Source: Lingula anatina
Taxonomy: Eukaryota > Animalia > Brachiopoda
Length of the DNA stretch: 64,000 bases
NCBI GenBank assembly: GCA_051362555.1
Contig: JBPQGU010000016.1
Location: 3,968,001-4,032,000 of the forward strand
Reading direction: 5' to 3'
The notes under the pieces were generated by a model. The model ran no database searches and was not told the DNA's origin. It was given only the letters and a program-made list of their open reading frames with translations. This document shows positions 12,538-23,310 of this stretch, in pieces (the first letter of the stretch is position 1; the number at the start of each line of letters is the position of its first letter). Position numbers and translations under genes: made by a program.

Positions 12538-12576
12538 GCGGTCTCTATGTTTCGACGGACTCTGTGTCACGTTACA

Positions 12577-13060
12577 CCGGCACTGTGAGATTTCTTCAAT
12601 TGGTAGGGATGAAAATTTCTTTTCTTCATTATAGTGTCAGGTAGGTGTGTTCGGTCATTTGTAGTAAGAATAAAGTGCTGGAAGAGTGGTGGTGTCAACA
12701 TTAAGGAAGACATAGAACAAAAACTCTGTCTCCCCCCATCTCCGATTCTGATCTCGGAGCTTATTTCTGGATCATCTTTAAAGCTAGAATTGGGGGCCTT
12801 GATGAAGTGACCCGGGCGTATTTCCACATTTTTTATTAATGATAGGTGTGATAGATTGATTTTCATGACATTTTTTTTTATTTTGAGTGATTTTCATAAG
12901 TGCCAGCCATGTGAGATTTCTTCAATTTTGGCCAGGTAGGAATGAAAATGTTTTTTTCATTATAGTGTCAGGTTGGTGTGTTTGGTCATTTGTAGTAAGC
13001 ATAAAATGCTTGAAGAGTGGTGGTGTCAACATTATTGAAGAAATAAAGCAAAAACTATGT
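12577..13060. repeat. Degenerate terminal ~1.4 monomers of left satellite array
   Basis: Satellite resumes in register after the TSD, with increasing substitutions and deletions, and ends near AAATAAAGCAAAAACT (~13056). Confidence 0.95.
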
Positions 13061-14439
13061 ATACAGATTCCTGCTATATTATTATTTTATCTTTAATTTA
13101 TCGAATTTTATGATGCCTTTCCTATATACATAGTCCTTTTTTAAAATAATTACCGTATCAGATTTTTAAAACCTAGAACAAAAGTTTTCAGTTTGTCTGT
13201 CTTTTTTATTCCAACAATTTCAGCAGCCATTACTGTTCCCGAGACACCTTGCCTGTGCTATCAAACGAATCCTGTTACTTACAGCACAGGAGCACCAAAG
13301 AGTTTGAAGAGTGCTTTACAAGTCATCAGTCAAATTAAGCAGAAATGGTCTTAGCTTTGCAAACCGGTGTCAAAGGGTCAAATCAAGTATTCCAAGCCTT
13401 CCAAGGACTAGTATGATGTAAGTCAGTATGGACAATATATTAAAGGTCCAAAAGCATCAAAGTCTTTAAGGTACTCGCCCCACGCCGCAGCATGTCATCG
13501 AAGAAATGACCCCTTGATGATAGGGATATGGATTGCAAGTGTTCTGGAGGCTCCAAGACAACTGTCTATAGCAGGTTCTGGTACTTGCATAGTGGGTCTT
13601 CAAACCCTTGGTATAGAAAGTACAAACCAGCAGCTTAATCTGGAAGTTAAAAAGAAAAAACAGCCATAAGTCCATGCATTAAAATCATGTTGAAATCTCT
13701 TTTTGGAAATTAGAAAAACGACTATTGCAATTATTAGAGAAGGCTTAATTAACTTTGAGTGTGCATTTTTTATGAACTGATACTTCCTTGTGAACAAAAA
13801 CTCTGAAAAGATTTCAACATTTTGTATTTTTGGCAATAATGAGAAATGAATGAACATTCATTGATTAATTATTATCATTATTTATTTATTTATTTATTTT
13901 TTTGCTATTTCCACTTGAGGGTGCTTACGCAAATTTGGCAGATTTCCCAAGTTTTGGGTTAAAAGCACAATGTTGTTATTTTGGGTCTTTATGAGGTAAT
14001 GTGATTTTGTCAGCATATTAGTTAAATGAACAACTTTGTCTGGATGCCCCACTCCTGCCTCAAATGAGATTTTAAAAGCAAACATCAATATCTATAAAGA
14101 CAAGTTTTAATGCTTATTTTTGAACACATTTCACATAAATCACATTTCACATGATGATCTGGGCTGATTTTGTCAAAGTTAAAGAAACCCCATTTTGAAC
14201 ACTGATGACAATTTAAGTAAAACCATGTTACTCATGGATCTCAATCTTACAGAAAAGGTAAATTGGACTGAAATACAGCTTGAGTTAGAAAACTGAACTG
14301 TTTGCATTCTTTTTCTGAGAGTTATTTATTTATTTAATTATCATTATTATTATTATTATTTATTATTATTATTTTCAAAATAATTTTTTTTCACATATTA
14401 GCATTTTCTTCGTGAGACTTGGAACTCCCACGGGATGAA

Positions 14440-14700
14440 ATTCCAGCTCCCACTCTCAAGCCCCTGGGGAGCTTTTTGAAATAATATAAAGATGAAATTT
14501 GGGTTTTTTAAAATAATTAAAATAATGATGTCAGGAAGGCGTGTTTTGTTTTTTCTAGCCATCCACAGGTAAATTTTTTTTTTTCAATATTTCTTGTGAA
14601 TTAAAAAAATATTTTTCCATCCCCCTCCCCAACCTCAAACCCCTGAGGAGCTTTTTGAAGTACTATAAAGATGCAATTTGGGGATTTAATGATGAGATGT
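14440..14700. repeat. Diverged ~179-bp-period repeat related to the satellite
   Basis: CCCCTG(G/A)GGAGCTTTTTGAA..TATAAAGATG.AATTTGGG occurs with GAGCT at 14469 and 14648; TGTCAGGAAGGCGTGTT (~14529) matches satellite TGTCAGGTAGGTGTGTT at 15/17. Confidence 0.6.
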
Positions 14701-15371
14701 TGATATGTTTAGACAATTATTGTGAATGATCCCTTTCCGTCTCAGCACTGATACTCCTCCGCACCATTACTCCCTCGCACCGATAGGCCTATACTACCCC
14801 TTACACTCCATCGACCTCACCCGCATCTTAAAGCTCCTGCAACGATACTCTCTCACAGCCTTTGCAATTGGTTAAAACTGCTACCAACAAAACACAATGA
14901 TTGATCTAAAAACTCTCGAAATACTATTTTTCCGAAAGTGCACCACCCTCTTGGGACCCAAAAGTGACACATTTCATTAGAAATATTGTGGAAAAATAAG
15001 GGAATTACTAAAGTTGGTCTGCTTAGTAACAAAGTACATAGTCGATCTAATATGTATGCAGCTCGGCTTTGTGATTATTAAGAAATATCTGTATACTTCA
15101 CTTCGTTCTTCAACAGTGGTTACTGTATACAATATGTGCATCTTCTTCTTGATTTGTTAATTAATTATTTTACTAAAAGTATCTTTTTAACAGAAGATAG
15201 CAAAGACGACATAATCTTTTCTTCAGGGGCCACTCTATTCGTAAAAGAAATTGAAACAACAACAACAAAAAAAAAAAAACATTGTTTAAGCGAGAAATTG
15301 CCGCCTTTGTCCTCCTGGAAATGTGAGATTCTACAATTTAAGCTGTCCTTGGGCGATTGTAGGAACCACTG

Positions 15372-15539
15372 CAGGGGCGGATCCAGAGCTATATACTGAC
15401 AGTCTTCCAAATTATCTTTGTTGATTCATCCTCCAATTTTGACCGTCTTCCAACATTAAAAATTGGATACCCGTCAATGTAAACTTGAAAATCTGACCGT
15501 CTTCTGGAAGACCCAGAAGACGGCCTAAATCCGCCCCTG
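15372..15539. mobile_element. MITE, CAGGGGCGGATCCAG-type TIR, 5-bp TSD
   Basis: CAGGGGCGGATCCAG ... CTAAATCCGCCCCTG flanked by CACTG on both sides (15367-15371, 15540-15544). Confidence 0.85.
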
Positions 15540-16669
15540 CACTGAACACCTACAGTATAATGCGCTTAAATTACTGTTTTTTCTTTACGGTTCTGTTTGT
15601 AATAGAAATCTAGGACAGAAAAAATTACAAGTTGAATGTAACATCATAAATCCTTAAAAATAGATAACAAATCCGATTGTGTTTATTGCCAGTATGCAGC
15701 AAGATCGTTATTAAGAAATCAATAACGAACAGCTCTCAGGGGCGAATCCAGGATTTCGAAGACTAGGTGGTTAGTTTTTATTGACCCCGCTTCTACGTGG
15801 ACGGAACGGTTCATTTTTAACATTGAATAAATTAATTGAATTAATATTCATTAAAATTAAATCAAATAAAATAACGATGCATGATGATTAGTAATGCAAG
15901 ATTTATGCCGCAAAGTCGCTTGTCAGACTACATCTAAGATGATCTCACGACATACTTGGGTATGGCTGTTTAGATGTAGGGGGTAGAGGCACTATTTGAA
16001 GGCAGCTGAAGGAAAAATCGAAAGGAGTTCGATGGCATTTAGCATTACATGGTCCATTTCTCAGTAAAGAATACTAAATAAAGAAATTATACATACTTCA
16101 GGATGGCTCACTGCGGTTTTCGTCCACACATAGGCAACCAGTAATTCGGACTCTACTAGCGATAATGTAAACACACCTTGAATGCCCATTTATGTATTTG
16201 CTTTTCTAGTTAAACTTAGCAATGTGTATTAATTTTGTTCGAAAAAAAAAAAGCATTCCACTGTAATTTGCGACCGCGTCCATGTGCACCAATGCAGGCC
16301 TATTCTATTTATGGAGATGGTCACATAATCAGCAAAACGGAAACTTAACTGGTACATGTACAAGTTTCGAAATAAAATGTTTGTCAAACCTTTATAATAT
16401 CTAGAGCTTTTGTTGTTTGAAACATGTTTAACTAAAATGTAAGAAAAACGAAAAAAGTAAGCAGCAAGCTGGTAGGCAGTAAGTGAAAGCCTGGTCTGAA
16501 CACTGAATTTCTAGGTAAGCATGTATTTTTCACACCCCCTAATTTCATTTCCACAACGATCCGTGAATGAGGTTAAAAAGCAATAACATACTTGTGTGAC
16601 AGGACAAAATGCTTTGTTTATTACGCCACTTTATCTTGTCAAATGAAGCATGAATTTGAAAAACCATGA

Positions 16670-17060
16670 AAACTAGAGGATCAGAGAGGTGATACCGCCT
16701 GAGGGTATTGTACCACCAGCTGGAGTAAGCTCATTCGTATAGAAAAGTGAAAAAAGGGACACCACCTCCAGTGTTGTGCTGGACAAGCTCTACATGCAGT
16801 AAGCAAAAGTTCTAAATAGTTTTGTTGAAAATTACCATTTAAAACAAAATCATGAGGAAAAGTAAAAGTTTAAATTCAAATTTGTGAAGTGCAGTTCATG
16901 GCAAAAAGTAGGTCAAAGCTCAATTTCAAGAACACAGATTGTCAGCATATGACTGCCTATTCAAGTTCAATAGTGATTATGGGCATATCTCTGCTAGTTT
17001 TGGAGATAGAAAAGTTGCAAAGTTGCGCGGCTCATTATAAAATCGCCACCTTTTAAAATT
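16670..17060 (+). mobile_element. Helentron/HINE-like non-autonomous element fragment
   Basis: Starts AAACTAGAG; contains ATATGACTGCCTATTCAAGTTCAATAGTGATTATGGGCATATCTCTGCTAGTTTTGGAGATA, resembling core repeats I recall from invertebrate Helentron-associated elements. Recognition only. Confidence 0.4.
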
Positions 17061-17233
17061 TCCAGTTGTACTAAGTGCACGTGGTTTGCAGATTAATTTT
17101 AGCCATTAAGAGCGTTAGATTGAAACCTTTTGCCGCTACAAATACAACAACTTGATTGTTATCTTACGCGATTATCAAAAACAGACAATAGCAAGAATCA
17201 CTTACCTGCTGTAGGTTACAAGGGCGACCAACC

Positions 17234-17448
17234 CAGGGGCGGGACCAGGATTATTTGAAGGGGGGTCCACGGATGCAAAACCGACCCTTATCTTAGAGGG
17301 CGAACGGTGCTATTTGGTACTTTTTAGAACTATGATTCGGCTAGAGAAAATACTTATTTCATAAGGGGACCATCGGTGTGATTATTTTTAGAAACTGAAG
17401 GGGAGGAGGTCAGGACCCCCTGACCCCCCCCCTCCCAATCCGCCACTG
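17234..17448. mobile_element. MITE, CAGGGGCGG-type TIR, 5-bp TSD
   Basis: CAGGGGCGGGACCAGG ... AATCCGCCACTG; flanks CAACC/CAACT (4/5). Confidence 0.8.
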
Positions 17449-18039
17449 CAACTACCAATGGACCTCGGTGGACACAGGTTAATTACATATCTGGCATTTG
17501 TGTCATAGGTTGTGCATTTAAGCTTTAAACTTAAGTTTTATAAATATTAAAGTACCTACCCTTTAACGCGAAGTAAGAATCACGGTCAGCCACCTTTGTT
17601 TATGAGACAGTAATCAGTGTTACGCCGACGACCATCACCTGATCTATTGAATTAAACGAGTGGAGTAGTAACGAACCCTTGGAACGAATTTGAGAAATAA
17701 GCAAACCTGACTTTATCGAGTGTAGGGGAGTTCGATTTTCTAAAAAAAAAAAAAATGTACATTATATTTATAAAAATTCAGTCGGGGTCAAAACTCCCCC
17801 CCCCCCCCCGCCCCTCCTAAATCCACCACTGGCACAAATCTTTTGTCCTGTACCATCTAAACTGCGTCACGTACAGCTCGATGTAGCGAGTCAATATAAA
17901 TATAATTTCAATCGGTTGACGAGAGGAATTAAAGTGAAATTAATTTCTCTCTGGTTATGACACGCCAGAAGAGGGCGGGATTGGTGTAGGGGAGTTTTCG
18001 TGTCATTTAGGCGATTGACACGGTACTGTTAACACGCTT

Positions 18040-20650
18040 ATGATTACGACTCCGTAGACGACATGGTTGATGAGTCCAGTGGAAGCGAACACTTTACCTT
18101 GGCTGATGTAATGAAAAAAATGGAAAGTAAAAAGAAAGAGACGAAAGACTATTTCGACCATAGACTGTCTACTTTTAATGCCGAAGCCGGTAAAACCTGA
18201 AAGTCGACAATATTTATCTTGGAAAATAGAAGGTAATCACCAGCAATTTGACTCAACAGTATTTGAAAATAAGATTATTGTGGTGAACAAACTGACAGTG
18301 CCTTACAGTCTTGGCAAGAGAAACAAACTTATCAGAATTGCTGACACTTTCGACACTGTTAAGGAACATACTGTTAATCCTCTTGCTTGTGATTCTGAGA
18401 GCGAGAGAGCTACAAAGAAAATAAAAGAAAACAAAAAGGGAGCCAAAAAAATAAGGTTATATCAGCAGACCGACCGATAGGTGTGGTGGGCGATACTTCT
18501 CAGCGGAGAAGTCTTTATCGCAGCAGCGGGTCGTGACTTTGCTTAGCTTGTTGAGGAAAGGGCCATTTCATGCTTGAGTGACCAACTTACAGAGGGGAAA
18601 GTTATTCTACCAGAGTCCAACCCCAGAGATAAAGGAACATCTGGAATGGGATAGAAGGCGGAAGCATTGAAAAATAGATAAGTACCCGGTACATGTATGA
18701 GTGCGTTAGTTTCAATCAAGAGTTGCATAATTATGAACATGAGCAAAATCAGAAATTCATACCCGTGAAAAGTAGGTTAAGAACCAATTTAAGTTTTTGG
18801 GAAGAAGTAGGGTATTCATTTTTTATTCTAGACTTGATAAAAATGGTTATAAATTTCCGTTTATAGCAACACCCTGTGGGATGAGGAAAGATAACAGCTT
18901 TCACCATTGAAAAATAAGTTTTTTGTTAAAAAGCTATTCTTGAATTGAAAAAGATGCGTTTGATTAAAAGGTGTAGCAAACAACCAATTGTTGATAACCC
19001 TTAAACAGAAGCAGTGCATAGCAGTGAAAAAAATAGATTGATTTTAGATGTACGAGAAGTAAACAAACATGTCTGTAAGCAGTCTGGTAGTTACGGACAT
19101 TTGAGAACGGCTCTTATGTTTATGAAACTGTGTGGTTGGTTGATTAAATTTGATTCAGCTAATCAACATCTAGATATCTATTATCCTCATACGGATTATT
19201 GAGGTTTTTCATGGAAAATTCAAGATCAGCAGATTTATTTTTGATTCTTAGTTCTTCCATTTGGGTTATCATTAGCACTTAATATTTTTTTTCAAAATTG
19301 ACTTGGCAATTAATCAAAGAATGGTTCGATGTTATTGGATGACGGTCTGTGGTACTGCAGTAACATAGATAGATTGGAGCATCAGGGTGCTGAGATCAAA
19401 GATGATATTGCTAAGTCAGGTTTTATGTAAATATATGAGAATACTATTTGGTCGTAGGTACAGAGTCTGGCATTTATAGGCATCGAAATAGATATTAGTA
19501 TTGGGGAAATCAAAGTTCTTGATATTAGATTAGCAAGTGCTAAGAGATCTGACATTATATTCGCACGAAAGTGAGCAGAGGTCTGGCTATGTCGGTCGGA
19601 TTATACTATGTCTCATGTGTTGGGAAGTGTAAAACAACTAATGACAAATTATATTAGCATGGTTATTTCAAGTGCTTTTTCTTAGAATCAGAAAATGTGT
19701 GTGAAAGCATGCAGTCAAATTAGACCTTGGTGTAGTAAATCAGAATTTTACAGTTTTCACCTCAGTGCAATAAGGTAGTTTATTCTGATGCTAGTAGTAC
19801 TGGGTTTGGAGGATATTGTGTGGAGACACCTAAAAGGGTGTGTTGCGGGGAATGGTCAGCTGACGAAGCGACGGAGAGCTCTACTTACAGAGAACTGATA
19901 GCTGTTTTCAGGGTCCTGTTCTCCATGGCAAACACGTTGAGTGTTTTGAGATTGAAGTGGTTTTCTGATAGCAAAGATGTTGTAAACATTAAAGAAAAAA
20001 GTAGCATGAGGAGTAAATTACAACCTATTATTTTTGATGTTTTTCTTCTAATGGAGTTATTCAATAGAAATGAAAGGATACTGAGAGAAGAGAATACCCA
20101 TGCAGATTATATAAGTAGAAGTGTGGATGTTGACAATTGGGGTATTTCTAAAGAATTATTCTCACATTTTGATAAGATATGGGGTCCTCATGAAGTGGAT
20201 TGGTTAACGTCCTGCTACAATGCTAAAGTACATAGGCCTATTTTTACTCTAGATTTTAGAATTCAGGAACAGTGAATGGGACACGCGTCATTTACGGATC
20301 TATCCTGGTCCTCAGATCAAATTCAGTCTCTTATTTCTACCAATGAGTTACAACAGACTCCTTGTTTCTATATTGTTTCCGACAGACTGTTCTGGTCCTT
20401 CGCCTGTAAATATCCATCATGACGTAATCAAATGTGGCACCGAAACGTGCCCTTGGCTGACTCTGTTATGGTCTCAAAATTTTTGAAGCTTTAAGCTTTT
20501 AGATGCTACCTAGTTTCTTATTGAAAAGTCGAGATATAGAGGTGGCAATTGGCTTTTGATAAATCGGGTTAAATCGTATTTATGCCCAGTAAAAGTTCTT
20601 GAAAATATTTAGATTTCATTGGTAGGCCTCGATCCTAGCTACAGCTTTTC
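18040..20650 (+). mobile_element. Degenerate DIRS-type (tyrosine recombinase) retrotransposon: gag, RT, RNase H, methyltransferase-like and YR remnants
   Basis: gag-like KRNKLIRIAD..NPLACDSE (18178-18480); RT RLILDVREVN, IKFD, GFSW, VLPFGLS, LDDG (~19030-19350); RNase H YSDASSTGFGGY, WSADEATESSTYRELIAV, REENTHADYISR (19781-20130); DNW..WGPHEVDW; YR fragment IEKS..YRGGNW..LCPVKVL (~20515-20610). Many stops and frameshifts. Confidence 0.88.
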
Positions 20651-20863
20651 AAATTTACATGGCCTATTTTAAATATAATATCGTTGAGTTACAATGACAG
20701 TTATGTATGAAAATTGTATAACGACGAGGGGGAGTATCGGTGCGCGTACAACAGTAATTTATGAATACATTTTACAGTATTATGGAATATACATGTATAT
20801 TAGCGCCCGTGGTCTTATTGATCAATTAATGTGTGAATGAATAAGTCAAATCCACATGTACAT

Positions 20864-21137
20864 CTGGGGCGGATCCAGAATTTTTTGGAAGGGCGGTGGT
20901 GTTTTTTTTACGGATTGACAAGGCCTCGGAGTGCAAGGCCGACCCTCACCCCTTTGGAGTTATGTTTGGGGCACGCTCGAGGGCCACGAAAAAGGGTGTT
21001 TTAGAGGGAAAATATCTCCATTTGATACGGTTTATAACTATTATTCAGCTATAGATTTTGGGTGTAATTTTTTTATCAGAAATCGAAGGGAGGAGGGGGT
21101 CTGGATCCCCCCTGACACCCCCTCTTTATCCGCCATG
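20864..21137. mobile_element. MITE, same family, 5-bp TSD
   Basis: CTGGGGCGGATCCAG ... TATCCGCCATG flanked by TACAT on both sides (20859-20863, 21138-21142). Confidence 0.8.
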
Positions 21138-22797
21138 TACATGTATTAGACCGTGAACATTCGTGAACAGTTTCAACCACAGTCCCTCGCCTGAAATGAG
21201 CCATGCCTGTCTGTAATTTGCATAACAATTACTTGCTCATCGTAGTGCGAGCTGTATTTCCGAATGCTCAGTAGGCAGTAGGACACAGCTAGGTGAAGAC
21301 GCAATGTTCAACGTGCGGGTGCAGTCGCAACGCAGTCTATGAGGCGTAGAAGCAAATGCATGTTTCGTAAGTAGCACTTTTTCTTCAGTATCGTATGTCA
21401 GTTGATAGAAAGAGAGTAGAAAAATGCAAAGAAATTTGCGACGAGTATTTACGGGTATGTTACTACTCTTTGTTGTCGCTGTCGCCTGTCGTTTCTGTTA
21501 TGCCACTCAAAATATTATTTAGCAAATTAGTAAATGGGCATATTACCACAAAGATCACGGACATATTTACATGATGGTACCGTACTTGTCACAGTTCCGA
21601 GCTTTTGATCCTAAGACAATGAACGATAGTCAGTTTTAGTAGGTTTGTTAATTTCATTATACATGTACCTGTAAAATGCTTGTAAGCAGTGTTGAAACAC
21701 GGGGAAATGATTTATTCTAAAGCGAAATATGGTTCCCAAACGCGTGATGCAAAGCGATTTTAGATATTACAACTTTATATAGTAGGTAAAATAAATAAAT
21801 AGTGATAACCTACACAAACTAGAGGAGTGTTTTCAATATTTTTTTTTTTTCAAAGCAAGATATCTGAAATATCTTTATTACTAACTTCAGGTCTTAAATG
21901 TGGCGTTAGGCAACATAGAATCGATTGCTTTTTTGGGGTGCTATCTGAGCCTGAACTATGGACAAGTCAGATATTGTTAACATTACCTTCTTATTTCAGA
22001 AGTCCACTGAGATACTGAGAACTGCACGGCACCTGGCTGCTAGCAACCAAGCCTGTCATTCACCCTCTGGAACCCTACGCACATCCATGCATCTTTTGTT
22101 TTAAAATTGAATAAATACGTTTGTCATTCCTTGTGTTCTTATTCACTTCCATATGAAATGATGATAAAATATTAATAATAATAATAATAATAATAGAGGG
22201 TTAGGGGTAAAATTGTAAAGATATTATTGTTTGAGCACTTTCAAATTAAATCTGCTAAAACTGATCTGTAAGCATTGTGTTTGGGATTGATGATTTCTCC
22301 AGTAACAGAGGATGTCGTAAATCGAAAGGATTAAAAGTTTTGTTAATATGCCCAGTATTTTGTAAATAATTGAGAGCATTTTAAGAATACATCTACAGGA
22401 TTTCCAACAGCCCACATTTATAAATGCAATTTGTATGAATTTACGATATTGCTTTTTTAAAAATCTGTCCTACATTTTTTATAGTGAGACGGGTTTTTTA
22501 ATATCTATTTATAAATTAGTTCATCCTCCCAGATAAAATTTTCTTAATTTAATATAAGTCCATATTCTAAGGGTTTTGGTTTGCTAGAGAAAATTGTTTC
22601 AAATTTCACGACCTTCTCATCAAACGAACGCTTCAATTTTAAATTAAAACGGAAATATAAGAGATCTTGACACACTTTTGAAATGGGAACAATGAAATTT
22701 GCTCCTCCACCCAAAACTTAGAACTGCATATTCTGATATGTTTGAAAATGTCTCATTTAAATCATAATTAAAATAAATTGATCCTTTTATATAAAGA

Positions 22798-23290
22798 AAT
22801 GGACTCGCCCCACCTGTCACCCCTCAAATCGAATGGACTTGTCCCACCTGTCACCCCTCAGATGAAATGGACTCGCCCCACCTGTCACCCCTCAAATCGA
22901 ATGGACTCGTCCCACCTGTCACCCCTCAAATGGAATGGACTCACCCCACCTGTCACCCCTCAAATCGAATGGACTCGCCCCACCTGTCACCCCTCAAATG
23001 GAATGGACTCGTCCCACCTGTCACCCCTCAGATGGAATGGACTCGCCCCACCTGTCACCCCTCAGATGAAATGGACTCGCCCCACCTGTCACCCCTAAGA
23101 TGAAATGGACTCGCCCCACCTGTCACCCCTAAGATGAAATGGACTCGCCCCACCTGTCACCCCTCAGATGAAATGGACTCGCCCCACCTGTCACCCCTAA
23201 GATGAAATGGACTCGCCCCACCTGTCACCCCTCAAATGGAATGGACTCGTCCCACCTGTCACCCCTCAAATCGAATGGACTCGACCCACT
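22798..23290. repeat. 34-bp minisatellite, ~14.5 copies
   Basis: Unit AATGGACTCGCCCCACCTGTCACCCCTCA(A/G)AT(C/G)(G/A); GGACT at 22801, 22835 and onward. Confidence 0.97.
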
Positions 23291-23310
23291 TGAAAACTTT
23301 CAATGCAGGT

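Larger units (their letters stand above)
8511..12576 (-). mobile_element. Ginger1-type DNA transposon (Gypsy-integrase-related DDE transposase), 4066 bp, full length
   Basis: Satellite is cut after ACAGTGCCGG (8510) and resumes CCGGCACTGTGAG (12577), giving TSD CCGG at 8507-8510 and 12577-12580. Termini TGT...ACA. Imperfect TIR: TGTAGCGTGCCGTAGAGTCCG vs reverse complement of right end TGTAACGTGACACAGAGTCCG (17/21). Many subterminal GAGTCC/GGACTC/GGACCC motifs. Encodes a spliced integrase-like protein with no gag, RT or LTRs. A CCGG 4-bp TSD and a GPY/F integrase are established Ginger1 traits. Confidence 0.95.
15737..17831. mobile_element. Probable interrupted copy of the same MITE family (left end 15737, right end 17831) containing nested insertions
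   Basis: CAGGGGCGAATCCAGG at 15737 and CCTAAATCCACCACTG ending 17831; adjoining sequences resemble the two halves of the 17234-17448 copy. The flanks do not match well as a TSD (GCTCT/GCACA), so the pairing is uncertain. Confidence 0.45.

Noticed and set aside
8511-12576. Gypsy LTR retrotransposon or solo integrase fragment
   Set aside because: No direct LTRs, gag, protease or RT. Inverted ends, a CCGG TSD and spliceosomal introns indicate a Ginger DNA transposon.
13100-14400. Short ORFs and possible TE remnant
   Set aside because: No recognisable protein motif, termini or TSD.
22778-23290. CRISPR array or repeat-protein gene
   Set aside because: Contiguous 34-bp units without unique spacers, no cas genes, eukaryotic context; the period is not a multiple of 3 and the ORFs are incidental.
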